This document shows, one piece after another, positions 13,257 through 27,763 of a stretch of 64,000 nt of DNA. The notes under the pieces were generated by a model. The model saw only the letters and a list, made by a program, of their open reading frames with translations. It did not search any database and had not been told where the DNA came from. Position 1 is the stretch's first letter; every line of letters starts with the position of its first letter. The stretch is from positions 3,226,001 through 3,290,000 of the forward strand of contig CM119371.1 of assembly GCA_051294905.1 (NCBI GenBank). The letters are read 5' to 3'. The position numbers and the translations under genes were made by a program. The DNA comes from Botryllus schlosseri. Lineage: Eukaryota.

Positions 13257-13646
13257 CTGCGGTGAGAAATTATGTCTATTAATATTGTGTATTACAATGA
13301 AAGCTACCACTATTGTTGACCATTTCACCAGGGGCCATCTTCTATTACAATATACTTTGGATCACCAGTTTGGACAGTTTAGTCTGACTCGCTAGGCGAT
13401 TCTGAAAAAATGGCCGTATTATCCGACACATTTCTAATACATGTTGAGATATTTAGTCGGAAACACTTACATTCTCTCAAGTCAGAAAATGTCGAGCATG
13501 TTCATAGGCCACATTATAACCATCCGACCGTGGTGTTGAGGTTACACTGTAGTCACCATCAGCAACAAGTCACTGCCATATGGACACTATTGTAACCATA
13601 GATCCTCTTTTCTTTTTTAACTTTTTTTAAAGTGATCTGGCAACTG

Positions 13647-14708
13647 TAGGTGTGTTAATTTTTTTTCCAAATATCATTGGCTTACTTGTCAACTTGTCTA
13701 AATCAGCGTTGCACACCAAATTTGACTCAACTCCAACCAGTGGAAGCTGAGGTCGGTCAAATTGAAATTGAAATAATAGTATTTACGGTGACCAATTTTG
13801 TCACACAGACATGATCAAAAATAGTGTTCCAGGTACGCCCCGTAGCAGGGATGTCTTTTTCACTTGTTTTCATCTTGATACAAGCCTAGGGTGGCTTTTG
13901 GATTAAGACATCGCCAGTAAACGAAACAAATATACGATACGGACTACCTGGAAATTGGTCCACTTCGTTGAAATAGACATGTCAAAACGATGGTGAGATA
14001 ATTTTCAAATAGAGTAGGCCTACTTTACACACCGAAATTAACAATGACGAAAAGAAAATGAACGAAGGAGCAGCTAAAATCCAAGTAAAATATATTTCTC
14101 AAGTGATCTATATTGTTGCTGCTGAGGAATGCAACTGATGTCTCTGTGGATGAGGTTTTGGTAATGGCGACTTTGCAATTGGCAAAAACTTTGAATCAAG
14201 GCAGAGAGTATGCCCTGCATGACTGGGACAGATTTCATCTAATTTAAATTTGCCTGACAAAAAATACTTCTAGATAGGATTATCACTTGAGAAATACATT
14301 TACCTGTATTTTACCTTCTTGTCAGTTCATTTTCTTTTCGTGGTCGTTAATTTTAGTGTGTTAAGTACTATATTTGAAAATTATCGCACCATCGTTTTAA
14401 CTTAATCCGATGTCGTCATTCAAACCCCACCCTAGGACCTTGTCAAGATCCAAACAAGTGGAAAAGACATTCCTGCCACTTCAGGCGTACCTGAAAAACG
14501 ATTTTTGGTCATGTCGGTATGACGAAATCGGTCACCGCCAATAGCCTACTATTACTTCAAAAATGACCGAAATTTCAATTTGAGTGACCTCGGCTTCTAC
14601 TAGTTGGAATTGAGTCAAATTTGGCGTTCAACATTTTTTAGGTAACCTGACAATTTGAAAACCAAGCCGATAAAATTTGAAAAATAAAATTTTTTTCAGC
14701 ACCCCTAA
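13647..14708. mobile_element. Old non-autonomous DNA transposon with ~400-bp degenerate inverted arms
   Basis: 13647-14070 is the diverged reverse complement of 14320-14708 (e.g. ccaaatttgactcaactccaac / gttggaattgagtcaaatttgg). Confidence 0.75.
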
Positions 14709-15145
14709 GGAGCACGCTCAAATGACCTCATTTTGAGAATTTGTCCTTTTTTTTGAAAATTATGGTAAAATGTATGTGAAAATTCAACTGGAAATAAGTA
14801 CTGAAGTAACGTTCCGGCAGGTCTTTCGAGAGTTGAGCCAGAAAGGTGACCTTTTTTATTTAACTAACTACAAACATGGATTAAATTAACCATTTTTTCC
14901 GGATTTTACTCCGGTGTTGTAAGTATGAATTTTTTTAAAGGTGTCCTTTTCAGATTCCCAAAATGTGGTAACCCTAATTGACACTAAATTCCGAGATTAC
15001 CATTAAAAAAAAAGCAATCATTGCAATATGCCAATGTATATCGTCGATAAAGCCTCTGTTTAGCAATTTATTTTTTGTGTAAAACAAGGGCATTGATTTT
15101 GAAGCAATCTTTAGAATAAGTGATTTGTGGTACAGAACTTCAGAA

Positions 15146-15457
15146 TAACGCGAAACAATAACTTCATATTGTTAATTTATTCGCTAAAAGCTTTTCGACT
15201 AACTCTCATCAGTAGCGAACGTTAGTGATGGAGTGAATCAAGTTCTAAATGTAAGAAATATTTTTTCTGTATGACGTAATAATAACAAAAACAAACAACG
15301 TCCCCAGTCCGTCTACCAGTTGTTTTAATGTTATTATTACGTCATACAGACAAAATATTTCTTACATTTCGAATTTGATTCACCCCATCACTGATGAGAG
15401 TTTGTCGAAAAGCTTTTAGCGAATAAATTAACAATATGAAGTTATTGTTTCGCGTTA
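15146..15457. mobile_element. Palindromic MITE (~310 bp)
   Basis: taacgcgaaacaataacttcatattgttaatttattcgctaaaagc... / ...gcttttagcgaataaattaacaatatgaagttattgtttcgcgtta; ~140-bp arms and a short loop. Confidence 0.85.
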
Positions 15458-15733
15458 ATCTTTAGAATCATTTTACTGGTCCAGCCCGCGAGTGCCCTGA
15501 AGGTTAGAATTTGACCCGCAACACCAGTTGAATTTGACACCCCTGCTTTAGATGAGCAAATTACCAGGAATCACGAACTCCGCAACTGCGGTGGATATCT
15601 CGGGCATGGAATATAAGTTTATTCATGTGAAGGGGACTCGTACTGCGCGGCAGAATTCTATGATCAACGTGCGATGGCGGGAGAAGAGCGTTCAATATAT
15701 CCAATGGAACTAATACTGGATGATAAGTATTAC

Positions 15734-15901
15734 CTTCTTTTGCTGACAAGCTTCTAACGTCTTCCAGAATTCATCTGCTTCTCCAACGTAAAACATGGCA
15801 TGGACATTGCCAAAAACGGAAATTGCTGTCCTGCGCTCCAAAATTCGGCTGTAATCCTGGTCAGGTATCAGGCCATTCACGGCAATATCCAGGAGATCCA
15901 A
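15734..15901 (-). CDS. NLR gene, internal exon (C-terminal region)
   Basis: cacattttag|TTG...AAGAAG|gtaata; 168 bp, phase 0-0, open (LDLLDIAVNG...EACQQKK). Confidence 0.75.
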
Positions 15902-17910
15902 CTAAAATGTGAAAACAGTTATTCCCAGACTTGAATATAGCCGCCGAAGAGATGATTGGGTTCGAAGTCATATAAAATGATAGGTAAATATAAACGCATT
16001 TAAAAATACTTTGGGAATAGAATCAGGATCGTACTTGATACTTTTTCCAGCAAGTCTCAATCAACGACCAATCGATGTTTTCTTCTTCTGTGCAATCGAG
16101 CAGGATCTTGCTTATCTGAACACAATATTGGTTTCAATAGGTAATATGACGTGATTGGCTCAAAGTTCTCAAATTTGAATAAATATTCATATAGGTAAAG
16201 TTCAATACTGATTCATTAGAATTCTTCGATTCTCCATAATGCATATGCTACATCGGTTTTAGTCTCATTCCAGAGTATGATTTCTTTTGTAAATATACTT
16301 ATGAATATTCTATCCATTGTACAAACGTATGATATAGAAGGTGGTGGTCAAACTAGTCACCGTCTGTACTCAAGTAGAAGTGAAAGTAGCGATATACAAT
16401 TTAGTAAAATATAATCATTGTAGGCCTAGTTTCGCGTAAAAATGATAACTGCCTAATAGAAGTAGTCTGAAATTTTATCTGCATGAGTATGTAGGACAAG
16501 TAGATAAATCTACCTGAAGTACTACGGCAAGTAGAAGTACTTCGTTACTGACCACCTCCAGATAGCCTATGTAGTGATGTCGCGTATATTTACGCAAAGG
16601 TTGAATTTTACCCGAGCAGTAAAACATATACAGCATACCCTATTTTTAATTTTATCTACATGCTTTCGAAACCTAGATTTCGAGCAGGCATTGCTGCTTT
16701 TCACCTCAGACTACGCCAATACTTTAGCGCACATTGCGAGATGATCAGTAGCAATCTGCTTCTACTTCTTAAATGTATGTGGTTGATGTAACGATTTCAC
16801 TTATGAAATTGATGCAAAATTATACCAGAAACATGTACTGCACTCTAAAAATTATGTGGTCTCAAATTGAAGGGCAAAACGAAAACAAAATTTGGCCCCA
16901 GCCATTTTCTACAGAACGCCGCCGTACTGGAGCTGCAATTTATTGAAATTTCCGCAGGACCTTCACGCTTCAGCAGTCATACAGAGATCGAACTTTATAT
17001 AGTTGTCAGTCAATGTTGTGAAGGAAATATGTCGTACATGTCAAGGTGGTTTAGATACCGCGTTCAACGGAAGATGCTCAGTGAGGAGATTTATGTCAAA
17101 ATTGGGCCAAGTGTATTCTATTTCTTTAGGACAGAAATAGATGATGCTCAACAATTTTCTTATAAATAAACAATATTTTATGCATAAGAATAAGACATGA
17201 TTTTAGACTACTTTCACGCAAAATTACTTACTTTTTACGGATTGGATTTTGAGAAATAGAAAGTAGTTTTGTGTTATGTTTGTATCACTGTGATGCGTGA
17301 AACCGTCTCAAGAAATCGCAATAGACATCGTGGTAACTGTTGAATCTAATTTCCAGGATTATACAAATTAGCAATAATAATCATATTTAGTTACTCATCG
17401 CTCTCAGAGACTCATCTTGTAATTTACAAAGTAAACGCTAGCGATAAATCACCAAACACTTACGAGCGATCGACCAAAACTACTTTTCGAAACTCAAGTA
17501 CTTACTAAGGTCCTTTTCAAACTTGTCACTTTTTACCTCCACTTGAAGTAGTTTTAGCACATCGTGGACACATCTATTTCTACATATAATTGCATATAAA
17601 ATTAAAACCTTACTTCTACTTCTTCACGATTACCAAGGCTGACTACTTTCACCACATCTACGTACAATTGAGACTCGACTCACAATACTAGAGATGCAAG
17701 TAGAGTGGAAATTGAGAATGGAAGTTTTTTTGAACAGTGATGAGCGGATTTGAAATTTCAAAATACAAATCCTCTTCAAATCAAGAATTTATTTTGTCTC
17801 AACTTCAAGTCCAAATCCGATTACGGCTGAAATTTGTCCAAAAGTATCATGGAAATTGAACAATATCAGGAAATATTGTACTATAATATTATAGGAAATG
17901 TATCTAATAC

Positions 17911-18060
17911 CTTCTCAAATTTACAATGAGATATCTTCCGGAAATCATCCTGCTTGGCCAACAGTTGTTCATCGAATTTCAAGAATTCTGCATCAAAAAG
18001 TATTCCAAGAAATGCAACTTCTGCTAAGCAAATAACCTGGTCGAAAGATAGATTGGAATC
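17911..18060 (-). CDS. NLR gene, internal exon
   Basis: ttttattttcacag|GAT...GAGAAG|gtatta; 150 bp, phase 0-0, open (DSNLSFDQVICLAEVAF...HCKFEK). Confidence 0.75.
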
Positions 18061-20096
18061 CTGTGAAAATAAAATGTTGTCAGTTACATCACGATCTACA
18101 CTAATAAGAAACTCTCAGAGGCACGACCATGCATGAGAGATTATTGTTACTACTGAAAGCTAGTGCGGGTGAAGCGATGGCTATGATGCTTGTCCGTTGG
18201 AAAATGCGATGTGAAAGAAACACAATCCTTATGTTTTTGATAGATGTAACATAACATTTCTAATGGATTTGATAATCAAAGTACAGTGACGACAATTTAT
18301 TTTTGTTAATTCATCATGTACAAACTCTATACTTATAAAATCAACACAAGTTGTTAGCTTACTATTCTCAACAAAAGCATCTCGTCTTCATGACACTCAT
18401 GATTACGTCATAATCTACATCCTGGCTACAGTACACCGCAAGGTCATCGTTGTACGTGCCTAGTGTAGCTGACAGCTCCGTACAGTAAACTCAGTGAAAT
18501 GAGCGAAACTTCATTCCAATCATTATTATGGACTCGTTATCAAACTCGAATCATTTTGCTATCAAACCTTCATGTGACCTTCAGTCCAGTCACCTATTAT
18601 CTTGATGACATCTTCTTCGTTCTTCAATTCAACAGGATATATTTCATTAACAGTCAGCTTGACAACCTGAATATTATCCAGATGTGAAACTTGAGATTGT
18701 GCATTGTATCGATCATCCACCATCTATCCGTGACGTCATATCTTACATACAGTGACGACCGCAGCATCACAGATAATCATGTGCTATACTTCATCGACAC
18801 GGGTCAGTGATTTCACTGACGTTTTTGCTGTTGGTGGCATTTTGCTACTTTAGTGACTCGATATCTCCAAAAGTACTCGTTTATATGAGGTAAGAAGTAT
18901 CATGGCGGAATCCGTAGAAAGGTATAAGTATGGAGACGAATATATTTTGGGCAATATAGTTGACTTTTAATCAAATCGTAAGCACCCGGAACCGCATCCG
19001 TGCATTGACACGAATGCATAAGCTAATTTCGTCTTTTTATTCGTAGCGTGATAATTGACAGTTTCCTGTTGTGAGCATGTAAATCGGAATTACTCCATAG
19101 ACATCATAGTGAGTCCTATATTACAAGGGAAATAAAACACTGCAGACAAAAACGCTGTTATAATTAGAGCTGCGCACAATGATTCGAGTGCTTAAATCTG
19201 AATGGAATATCAATTTAATGATTCAGGGCGAGTAGTAAAAGTCCGTTTTTTCAAGTACCGAAATTGCGCGTTCGTCGACACTGAAAATTACTTTATTGAC
19301 AAAAATTGTAGTTTTGACAGTATTTTTCACTTTTGAAGCTTTGGAATCACGATTGGTCGCATAGCAGCGTATCAAACATATCGTATAAAGCTACGCACGT
19401 TACTGGAATAACATATTTTCTAAGTCATGATCATCGACCCAAATTGCCAAAAACTGCAATGAAATTGGTATGTTCGAAAAAACACCGAAGTATCTTTTTT
19501 GTGATGCATAACAACAGTCATTATATTATTTAAGGTGACATAAAAGGTACATATTTGAACTTTGATATATTATATTCTGTTATGACGTCACAACATAACG
19601 AGTCTCGAATAGTCGACTCGACTCTAAGCTTTATATGTGATTTAGAAAGTAATCACTCAGATACTCGATTTTCCCAGCCCTAGTTCTAATCAGTGAACAA
19701 TTTCGCTACGCAATGTCAAAATCATTGTGTTGGCCTGAAAATCAGATGCGCACTTTGTTGATTAGGAGTAGTAATATTCTGTTGCGCACTGATTCATGTC
19801 GACATGCTCACTTTTGAATTTTGACGATGCTGACAATGTTACTTTTTATTTACGCAGTGCATTTTGTAGGGGCACGCAATCGTTTGCTAACGTAAATGTG
19901 ACATAATTTTTCAAAATATTGATGAACAATTCGATCATCGCAAGACTGGCTGGTATCGATCACACCAATATCAAATTCCATTACATTGCATTCATTGTCA
20001 ATGTAGTAGAAAGTTGATTTTTGTTGATGAGGTAGTGACATTAGCTCAACTCTCTTATTGCTGCCACTATGCTACGGCTTCGGGATGAAAGCAGAG

Positions 20097-20964
20097 TAGG
20101 ACTGTTAAAAAAAATATCTTCATAACTCACTGATTATGTGATAAAATTGTTAGGTTGGTTGAAACAACGCTGTGAGCCAATTTTGGTTTCAAGTCCAACC
20201 AGTAGAATCAAGATTCTTGCTGTAAAAAATGTGAATTTATGATTGAAAGTAATTTCAAAGTTTTTTTATCAACCCCATCAAATTGATAGGGAATCAGTAG
20301 TGATCATGCATACCAAACTTGGCTCAATTCTAACCGCTAGGAGCTAGAAGCTAGAAATTATTGCCGTAGTAAAATTTCCAATTCCATGATTTTATAGCTG
20401 GAAATAATTATAGCTTTCAATACAACATCCATTGTAGTACTATATTTAAACTTGAATACTTTTCGGCACACTAATGGGATTTAAATGGATTTAGAAGCAA
20501 AACCAAATCTGTTTACATCCCTTCAGTGCGCCGTTAACTCTTGAAAGAGGCAAGAAAAAAGTCTTCGAGTTTAATAAATATTCTACTACAATGGATTTTG
20601 TATTGAAAGCTATAGTCAAGTTCTATACCACGAATCAGCTTTTTGAATAGATACATAAAGAGTTAGACACCGTAAAATTATTCTATTCGAATCCAAATTT
20701 TTCTACAGCAATAACTTCACTTCTAGTGGTTGGAATTGAGCCACATTTGGTGTGCATCGTTTGTACTGACAGCCCAACAATTTTACATTATTGACAGAAA
20801 AATTTTAAAAATTAATTTTTTATTATAAATCCAAAATTTATCACTGCCAGAAAATCGCTTCTACTGGTTGCAATTGACCCAATGTTGGCATGCAGCGTTG
20901 TTGTCGCCAACCTAACAATTTTATAACATAACCGAATATATCTGAAGGTTTTTTGAACAGCCCT
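20097..20964. mobile_element. Old long-TIR non-autonomous DNA transposon
   Basis: taggactgttaaaaaaaatatcttca... / ...tgaaggttttttgaacagcccta; internal mirror segments (caatacaacatccattgtagta / tactacaatggattttgtattg). Confidence 0.7.
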
Positions 20965-21102
20965 AATGCAGAGAATGTGCGTATATTGCTTTCTATCACG
21001 AATCACCAATCATGTGCGATTGTGACGTCATAAGTCTCCGCATACTCACATAAAATAATAATGGCTTGTTAGTACAAAACTAAATCATAGAATCGATCTC
21101 AC

Positions 21103-21207
21103 TTCCCAATCCAATTTTCCAGATAGCGATTCAATCCGACGATGTCCGAGAAGTGAACGCAGTGCTGTTGCTGAGAACTTATTGTAACGCAAATTCACTT
21201 CCTTCAC
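21103..21207 (-). CDS. NLR gene, LRR exon
   Basis: tcatcattccag|GTG...GAA|gtgaga; 105 bp, phase 0-0; VKEVNLRYNKFSATALRSLL fits the LxxLxLxxNxhxxxghxxL RI-like LRR consensus. Confidence 0.85.
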
Positions 21208-21924
21208 CTGGAATGATGAATGAAATATGAATACAATGCCTGCCAATATCATGTCAAACTAACAGTGCTTTGCACAGACTTATTCGGGGCATATTTTGGA
21301 AGTTGAGTATGCTCAACATCATTGCAATTCCCATAATGAAGGCAGACGACCCTAGGTTTAGAGCCACAGTCTCTTACTAATCCATTCGAACAGCTTCAAT
21401 CAATTCTAGGAATACACCGTACTCTATAATTGAGATTACGATTTGATTTCATCCTGATGTTCATCAAATGCAGTCGAACAGTTTTGAGCAAGTGATAATG
21501 TAACTAGAAACCAAAATTTTGTAATTGGTAGTTATCAGGAGCTTCTTTACTTTTCCAATTATTTTAATTTGACACACCTTATCGGTATCATCCTTATTGT
21601 CTTACCAATAACATTTCATTCACCTTACTCAGCTCTGAGCAATCGTTTGAGTACATTTCATTGACTGTCTTGTATCCTATTCGCTATTAGACGTTGCCAG
21701 TCGCTCGAACTTTTGATTGTTAGTAGTCGCTTATAAAAAATTTCGGTGTTTTGTATTTTTCAGAGCTCATGATTAGGAATAGTTCGGATACGTTCAAGTT
21801 TGTTCTGTCTAATTAAAGGATAATCTACGTAGTGCGAATCAGGAATGCCGGTAGCTTGAGATTGTTGGTAAATACGTCGCTACAGTTGTCAAAGAGCACC
21901 TCTCTACCAAATCAGTCAGAATTT

Positions 21925-22550
21925 TACCAGTAATTGTAATTGTAATTGTACTTACATGTTTAACAGTAATTGTAATTGTAGTCAGCGTTCTAAAGACTCG
22001 AGTTACAATTTTCTGATGACTCGACTTGACTTGAGTCATTTTCGCAAGATTCGGAAATGACTCATCACAACTCTGGTCAATCTGTGTATTGACTCGACTT
22101 CAACTCGAGTCATTACTCATGGCTCGAGACTTATACGGCCAAGATCGACATTTCATTGTAATTTCAAAGAATAGTAAAGTGACCACACTATTGGGATTTC
22201 GTCTATTGGTACTGGTACTTAAAATGCGACCAGAAACTGCTACAAATGAGGAAAATTAATATAATAACATGAGAACCATTTGATATCAACAACTGGGTTA
22301 CCAAGACTTTAACTGGAAGCTGAGCCGTCGACACAATGACTTGGACTCGGGTCATAATACCAGGACTCGGACTCCACCCTTTGATCGCTGACTTGGACTC
22401 GGTCGTGAGTTGAAAATGACTCGACTTGACTCGAGTCAAAACTATGAAAATGAGATTAACTTGTTACTCAGATCCTCTGTGACTAGGTTACAACTCTGAT
22501 TGTAGTTGTAATTTGGTATTAGTCAGTAGTCACACATCAACACTGATTCC
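21925..22550. mobile_element. Degenerate mosaic of GACTCGAGTC-family MITE sequence with (AATTGT)n subrepeats
   Basis: gactcgacttgactcgagtc motifs, similarity to 1-265, and aattgt tandem copies at 21930-21980. Confidence 0.6.
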
Positions 22551-24168
22551 AGATCACATAGTGATTTTTTTACAAGTGCGAGTTAATGAAAGAACACTAT
22601 TTTCAAAACATACTATATTCTGCTGACAAATTGATATGGCTGCATATTAAATGTGGAGCTGACAAATTTTCCCGCAATATTTGTTGGTGAATGCTTGGCT
22701 CTCATTGTCCATTATTGCTCACCCTCTCACTTACATCTGACACCATTACATAATCAAACTGATCAGTTGTATCAAATTTGATCGCGCGAGAAAACATAAT
22801 CAGCATTCAGCATGGATCAACCAAACCCCTGACTTTCGACGAATCGGTACATAGGTGCTTGTAATGTTATCCTTGGCGATATTACTGAATTTGGTTTGGC
22901 ATAAGTGACGAATAATTCCAGACCATGCAGTCGAAAAAGGCCTCTTTCCATATATTGTTTCTGGAAGAGACCAAATCAGAAGACAAAATTATTGTGGTAA
23001 GCCGGGACAAGAGTTTAAACTTATTCTGTGGCGTGTTAATTCTGGTTCTAAATTTCGGGCAGTAAAGGATATCTTTACGCGAGATGCTAAGTAATATTTC
23101 CTCAAGCTGCGCACGTGCGTAATTGCGCAGTGCTGACACGTCCTCTGAGCACAGAAAATCTAAGCTGCACACAAAAACTCCGAAGTGATGATCATTTTTT
23201 CAGTCGTTACGCACTGCTGCCCAAGGACCGCGCAGTGAGTTGGTGAATGTGCACAGACTCGTTAAAAATTAGATGGAACAGTGCTGCTAAGAGCTAAGTG
23301 AATGTGTAATTAGCATAATAATATTTTCTTATCAATTACTGAGTAAATGACTGTTTATTCACAACAAAACTCACTGACCATGTAAGAATGCTAACAAACA
23401 AGGTTGAAACTGAACAATACAATAATCAGACAGCAATGCCGAAGCTGGAAGTTGGAATCAGCATTCACTCAAGTTTATTAATCAAAGTTCATGTAGACTA
23501 AGGGCGAAGGTTACGGAAGCTAGTTCATCCAGGTTAATTATGATCGGTTGATGAAAAGACTTTTAATATTGGCCAGCAAACTTTGATATTGTGTTTCCCG
23601 AAAACTGAACATCTGCATAATATCTACTCTGAAGATCAAGCCAATGTGATGTCTACTAGCGTCATATATTGCGCACAATTAGCCAGTTTTCTCCGCCCGG
23701 CAATGAAATTAGGTCAATCGTAACGCGCGAGTTCGTTGATTGAATCTGAATTAGTCTGTTTTGGATAACAGCTGACGTCTATGCCAAACCACTATTTGGA
23801 GTAGCTAATCTCCGAAGTAATACCTTAAGCCATCGCTGTCAGGTTCATGATATCGATGAAAATACTCCCGATAAACTCATATATCATGTATGTTCAATTG
23901 TTCATAGTTCACTGTACAGTACATGTTGCTACTATATCGTTCCCATCGAATATGATTTTGAAAATTGCTATGGTTCCCGGAATAGGCCTAAGCGCCGTGA
24001 AAATATGACCCCGAATGGATTGTTACGAACAGTGCATCGCCGCGAAAATATGTGAATCTTGCACCATATCATATCTGAAGAGGGGAGGCTTCAAAATGAG
24101 ATAAATTCCAGAATAACACATGATATAGTTTTCCTACGAAATGAATCATTTGAAAAAGTATGACTCAC

Positions 24169-24479
24169 TCGTATTCGATTTTCCAGACACCTTGCAATGA
24201 TGCTCAAAAGCTCGTCGTCGATACTGCATTCGAATAAATCCAAATAAACAAGACTTTGATTCCTTGCTGCGAGCGATCCAACGATGTGAGCTTCATCACG
24301 ATTCAATGAGATGCGATATGCGTCGATGGCGGAAAGACCTTTCATAAGGTTGTCGTCGCCCGATTCGTAGATTGCTGTATATAGTTCCATGTGAGCGTAT
24401 CCGCCGTATTTTTCAGTCTTCTGTAGTCGCAAACGGATCGATCGAAAAAGAATATGTCGCTTCTGTGTTTGATCCGAGA
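24169..24479 (-). CDS. NLR gene, HD2-to-LRR exon
   Basis: tattgcttgacag|TC (phase 1, matching the NACHT exon end)...CGA|gtgagt (phase 0); contains MELYTAIYES and the LRR SLVYLDLFECSIDDELLSIIARCL. Confidence 0.88.
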
Positions 24480-25632
24480 CTGTCAAGCAATACACAGAGT
24501 CGTTGTTCGTAAATTTTCTTGCCTTACCGGTTACGTAACAATTGTATGATTTACACGACTGTTATGACGCATGGTTCAAATGGAGTCATTGAACTCTCAT
24601 ATCTATCTAGTTCAGTGGTTCTCTCTCAACCTTTTTCACCTCACGGACCGGTAAAATTTCAAAAAATGTCAGGCGGACCGGTGGACTTTCAAAAATTGAA
24701 ATGAAGCCAATATGTGAAGTATGCAGCCGTTTTTTGCAATTATCTAGTGCTAGAGAGTGACATCAGAAGGTTTTGATCGTAATTAATTATCTTCATGACG
24801 GCATCCACGTGATTTTATGGTAGTCAATCTGCTGAGTTGATGTAAAATTGCCCTGTCTAGATAAATGTGCTACGCCGACAGTCGTTTACAACCGAAGGCC
24901 GTGCATTTAACCGACCATGTCAACTCGAATAGTAGGCTATTCTTCTATTTGACAATTTCGAGGAAAGAAGCGTTTGGGAGTCAAACCAAGCACCTTGTCG
25001 TGCTGCCTTGCTCATTGCCCACTGACACAGGACGCATAGGCTACTCTGGCAACTACGAATACCATGCGCCGCAAGAAAACACCTTACAGCAGCTATACCG
25101 GCCATCCGCTAATCCGGGCCGGAAAAGCACTTCGTCAGCCCACCCCAAAAAACATTGGTCCCCAGAGGGTGATAAGCAAAACTTAGAGGGTCTTCGCCCT
25201 CGGATCCCACAGTTAGGTGGATGTTTTCACTTGTACTTGTGAGCAAATTCATTCTACTCAGTGTTAGCAGAGAGTTTATGTAGCTTAATCGCGCCAATAG
25301 CGAAAATATTCCATCATTTATGACTTACTCGTTTTTCTCGCTGCCGAATTTTTGGCACACCTTCCCTAGTCCCATGTTAGCCTGAACCCCATTATGTGTT
25401 GATACGTCGTGGCGCGGTAATGTGTGACACCGAAATACCTATTTCTATAAATCATGCGTATTTCATGGAGACGGGCACCTAATAAGCAAGACATTTAGAG
25501 AAACTGACTCGCGCAAAGTGTGAAAATGATATGAAAAATGTTGGGAAACGTTTCAAAAAATACACTATGATTTATGTTTATTTGCAAAATAATTTTCGTC
25601 CCCAATAAAGCTCGGTCCCTCTCCAATTAGAC

Positions 25633-26865
25633 CAGGGGCGGCAACTTCTACAGTCGGCGAGCCGGATATTTGAAAATTAGGTACTTTGAGGGCCGCATTG
25701 TGAATCGATACATTATTCGCCCATTTATCCACATATAAAAGGAATAATTCGTAAATAACGAATGCCTTTTAACAGCAGTGTCACTTCAAAGCCGTTTCTC
25801 ACCGATAAAGAAGAAGACAATGTCAATTTGTGAAGAGCATTGTCATACAGGCGCCGCCATGTCTGCTTCTATCTGATCAGTCAACACACGGTGCAATCCT
25901 TAATTAAGATTTCAAGGCGTTCGGAAACCCCGGTACCCCAAATTTACCAAGATATCAATTCATTAAAGTTGAGTAGGTGACGAGATAGCGTCGTTGTTCA
26001 ACTGTGTGACCTGATTAATCTCGATGTTGAATTCATGCGGTCCGCGTCCTCTACGTAATTTGAAAAGTGGCCTGCAACTCGTTTTGATTTGGCGACCCTT
26101 GGTATAAGCGGTGTCGTACTAGGGTTACGATATGTCCTCTTTTAATAGGATTTGTCCACTCTTTTTACTTTTTTGAAAGTGTCCTTTGAGGACGCCCAAA
26201 TGTCCTCTTTTTTTGAGAGTTTTGGTTAAATATATGGCATAATCGACTGAGATTGAAATTGACCCTGTTTTAGTCAACCAACTTACAATGTGAAAGGAAA
26301 AACTGTATTTTGGGCGCTGAGCGAGAAAGTTGACCTTTCATTTTTTAATCAACCGACCACGAAGAGACAAAAATTTACCATTTTTCATGATTTTCATCCT
26401 GTTTTGCAGGTCTGAAAATTTTGAGAAAGTTTCCTCTTTTCAGATTTCCAAAATATGGTAACCAAACGTCTTAAAATAGCCTAGAAGTGTGTACAGTGTA
26501 GTGCTACAAGGTGGCGGTTACGGAATGAAAAATAAGAAATATCAGCCTGGTGTAAATGACTATTGTTGTCGACAAACACCATGATTACCACAAACGACAT
26601 TAGGGTTGAGTACATCGTAAATGCCGATAATTTAAGTCTTCTCGCTTCGGCGAACTTACGCGTAAGCCACTCTCGCACGCTGCGCATACTCGTATATTAT
26701 AACATACAGTCACTAAAATTTGACGTAGTAAGCCAATAGTGAGAAGTCTTAGCAGACTGGGCCTGCGGGCCACATTATCATGTAAGCCGGAAAACTCTCC
26801 GCGGGCCGGACAAAATCCCTTCGGGGGCCGGATCCGGCCCACGGGTTGTATGTTGCCGGCCCCTG
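25633..26865. mobile_element. hAT-type MITE nested in 24613-27211
   Basis: TIRs caggggcggcaac / gttgccggcccctg; perfect TSD aattagac. Confidence 0.9.
26120..26467. mobile_element. Small tagggttac-type MITE nested at the third level
   Basis: tagggttacgatatgtcctc... / ...aatatggtaacc; the 3' part resembles 14830-14976 (cttttcagattcccaaaatgtggtaacccta). Confidence 0.6.
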
Positions 26866-27763
26866 AATTAGACGGTTGGGGTGCCCCAGTCACGGTCCTG
26901 CACAAAGGAATGAATCGAAAACGAGTGATCACGCAAACTGCGCTGTTTAGCGATGAGCCAGAACGTATCTGGTCTGTACTTGTCGCTCGCATGTCGACAA
27001 ATGACACGTCTGGAACTTCAAGTCAAATCGAACATGTTTCCAGTCCTAATATTACCTCACGAAGTTTTTAATCTATTTAGAATTTGATGGTTTGTTTATT
27101 TTATCAATGAACAAGCCTTCAACATTGCATCTCGAAATTAAGGTTTAAATTTGTAATTTCCCTGGCGGACAGACAGTAATGTCACCACGGACCGGCGGTT
27201 GAGAACCACTGATCTAGTTCACAATCACATTACATTAGCATTTCATGCGCATCAATGGCACATAGGCCTATCCGTCTGAGGTCGACTACAGAATTCATAC
27301 CTAAGTGTTGGAGGTTTAATTAGGTTCCTCCTCGCCATCTCGCCCGCGGGAGCGTTTTTTTTTTTCGAAAAGCTAAGAAGTGGGTCGTGCTACAAGTCGA
27401 CAGATGCGGAATAAAAAATCCAAAAAATCGGTCTGGTGTTAATGACCACTATAGTCGACAGACACCATGAATCGAATACCCCAAACAAACGAACAATGTC
27501 ACACAATGCTCATGTTCAACAATTAGCCCTGGTAGCGCTCACGTTCAATATTCTGCGAACTTATGCAGATTTTATATATAAAGTTATATTTTTCCGACTG
27601 AATGTAAGGACTTATTTACCGGCCGTGTGCGTATTTAAGATCTTTCGACTATTTCACCCATTCGATTGTGATGATGCCAACAAAGTCATGATACACTATA
27701 AGCGACCCTTAATAATCAATCAGTTTTGCGGCAGAATAGCTGCAGTAAACCATGACTACTTAC

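Larger units (their letters stand above)
24613..27211. mobile_element. hAT-type non-autonomous element, outermost of a nested set
   Basis: TIRs cagtggttctc..aacc / ggttgagaaccactg; perfect 8-bp TSD atctagtt (24605-24612, 27212-27219). Confidence 0.9.
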
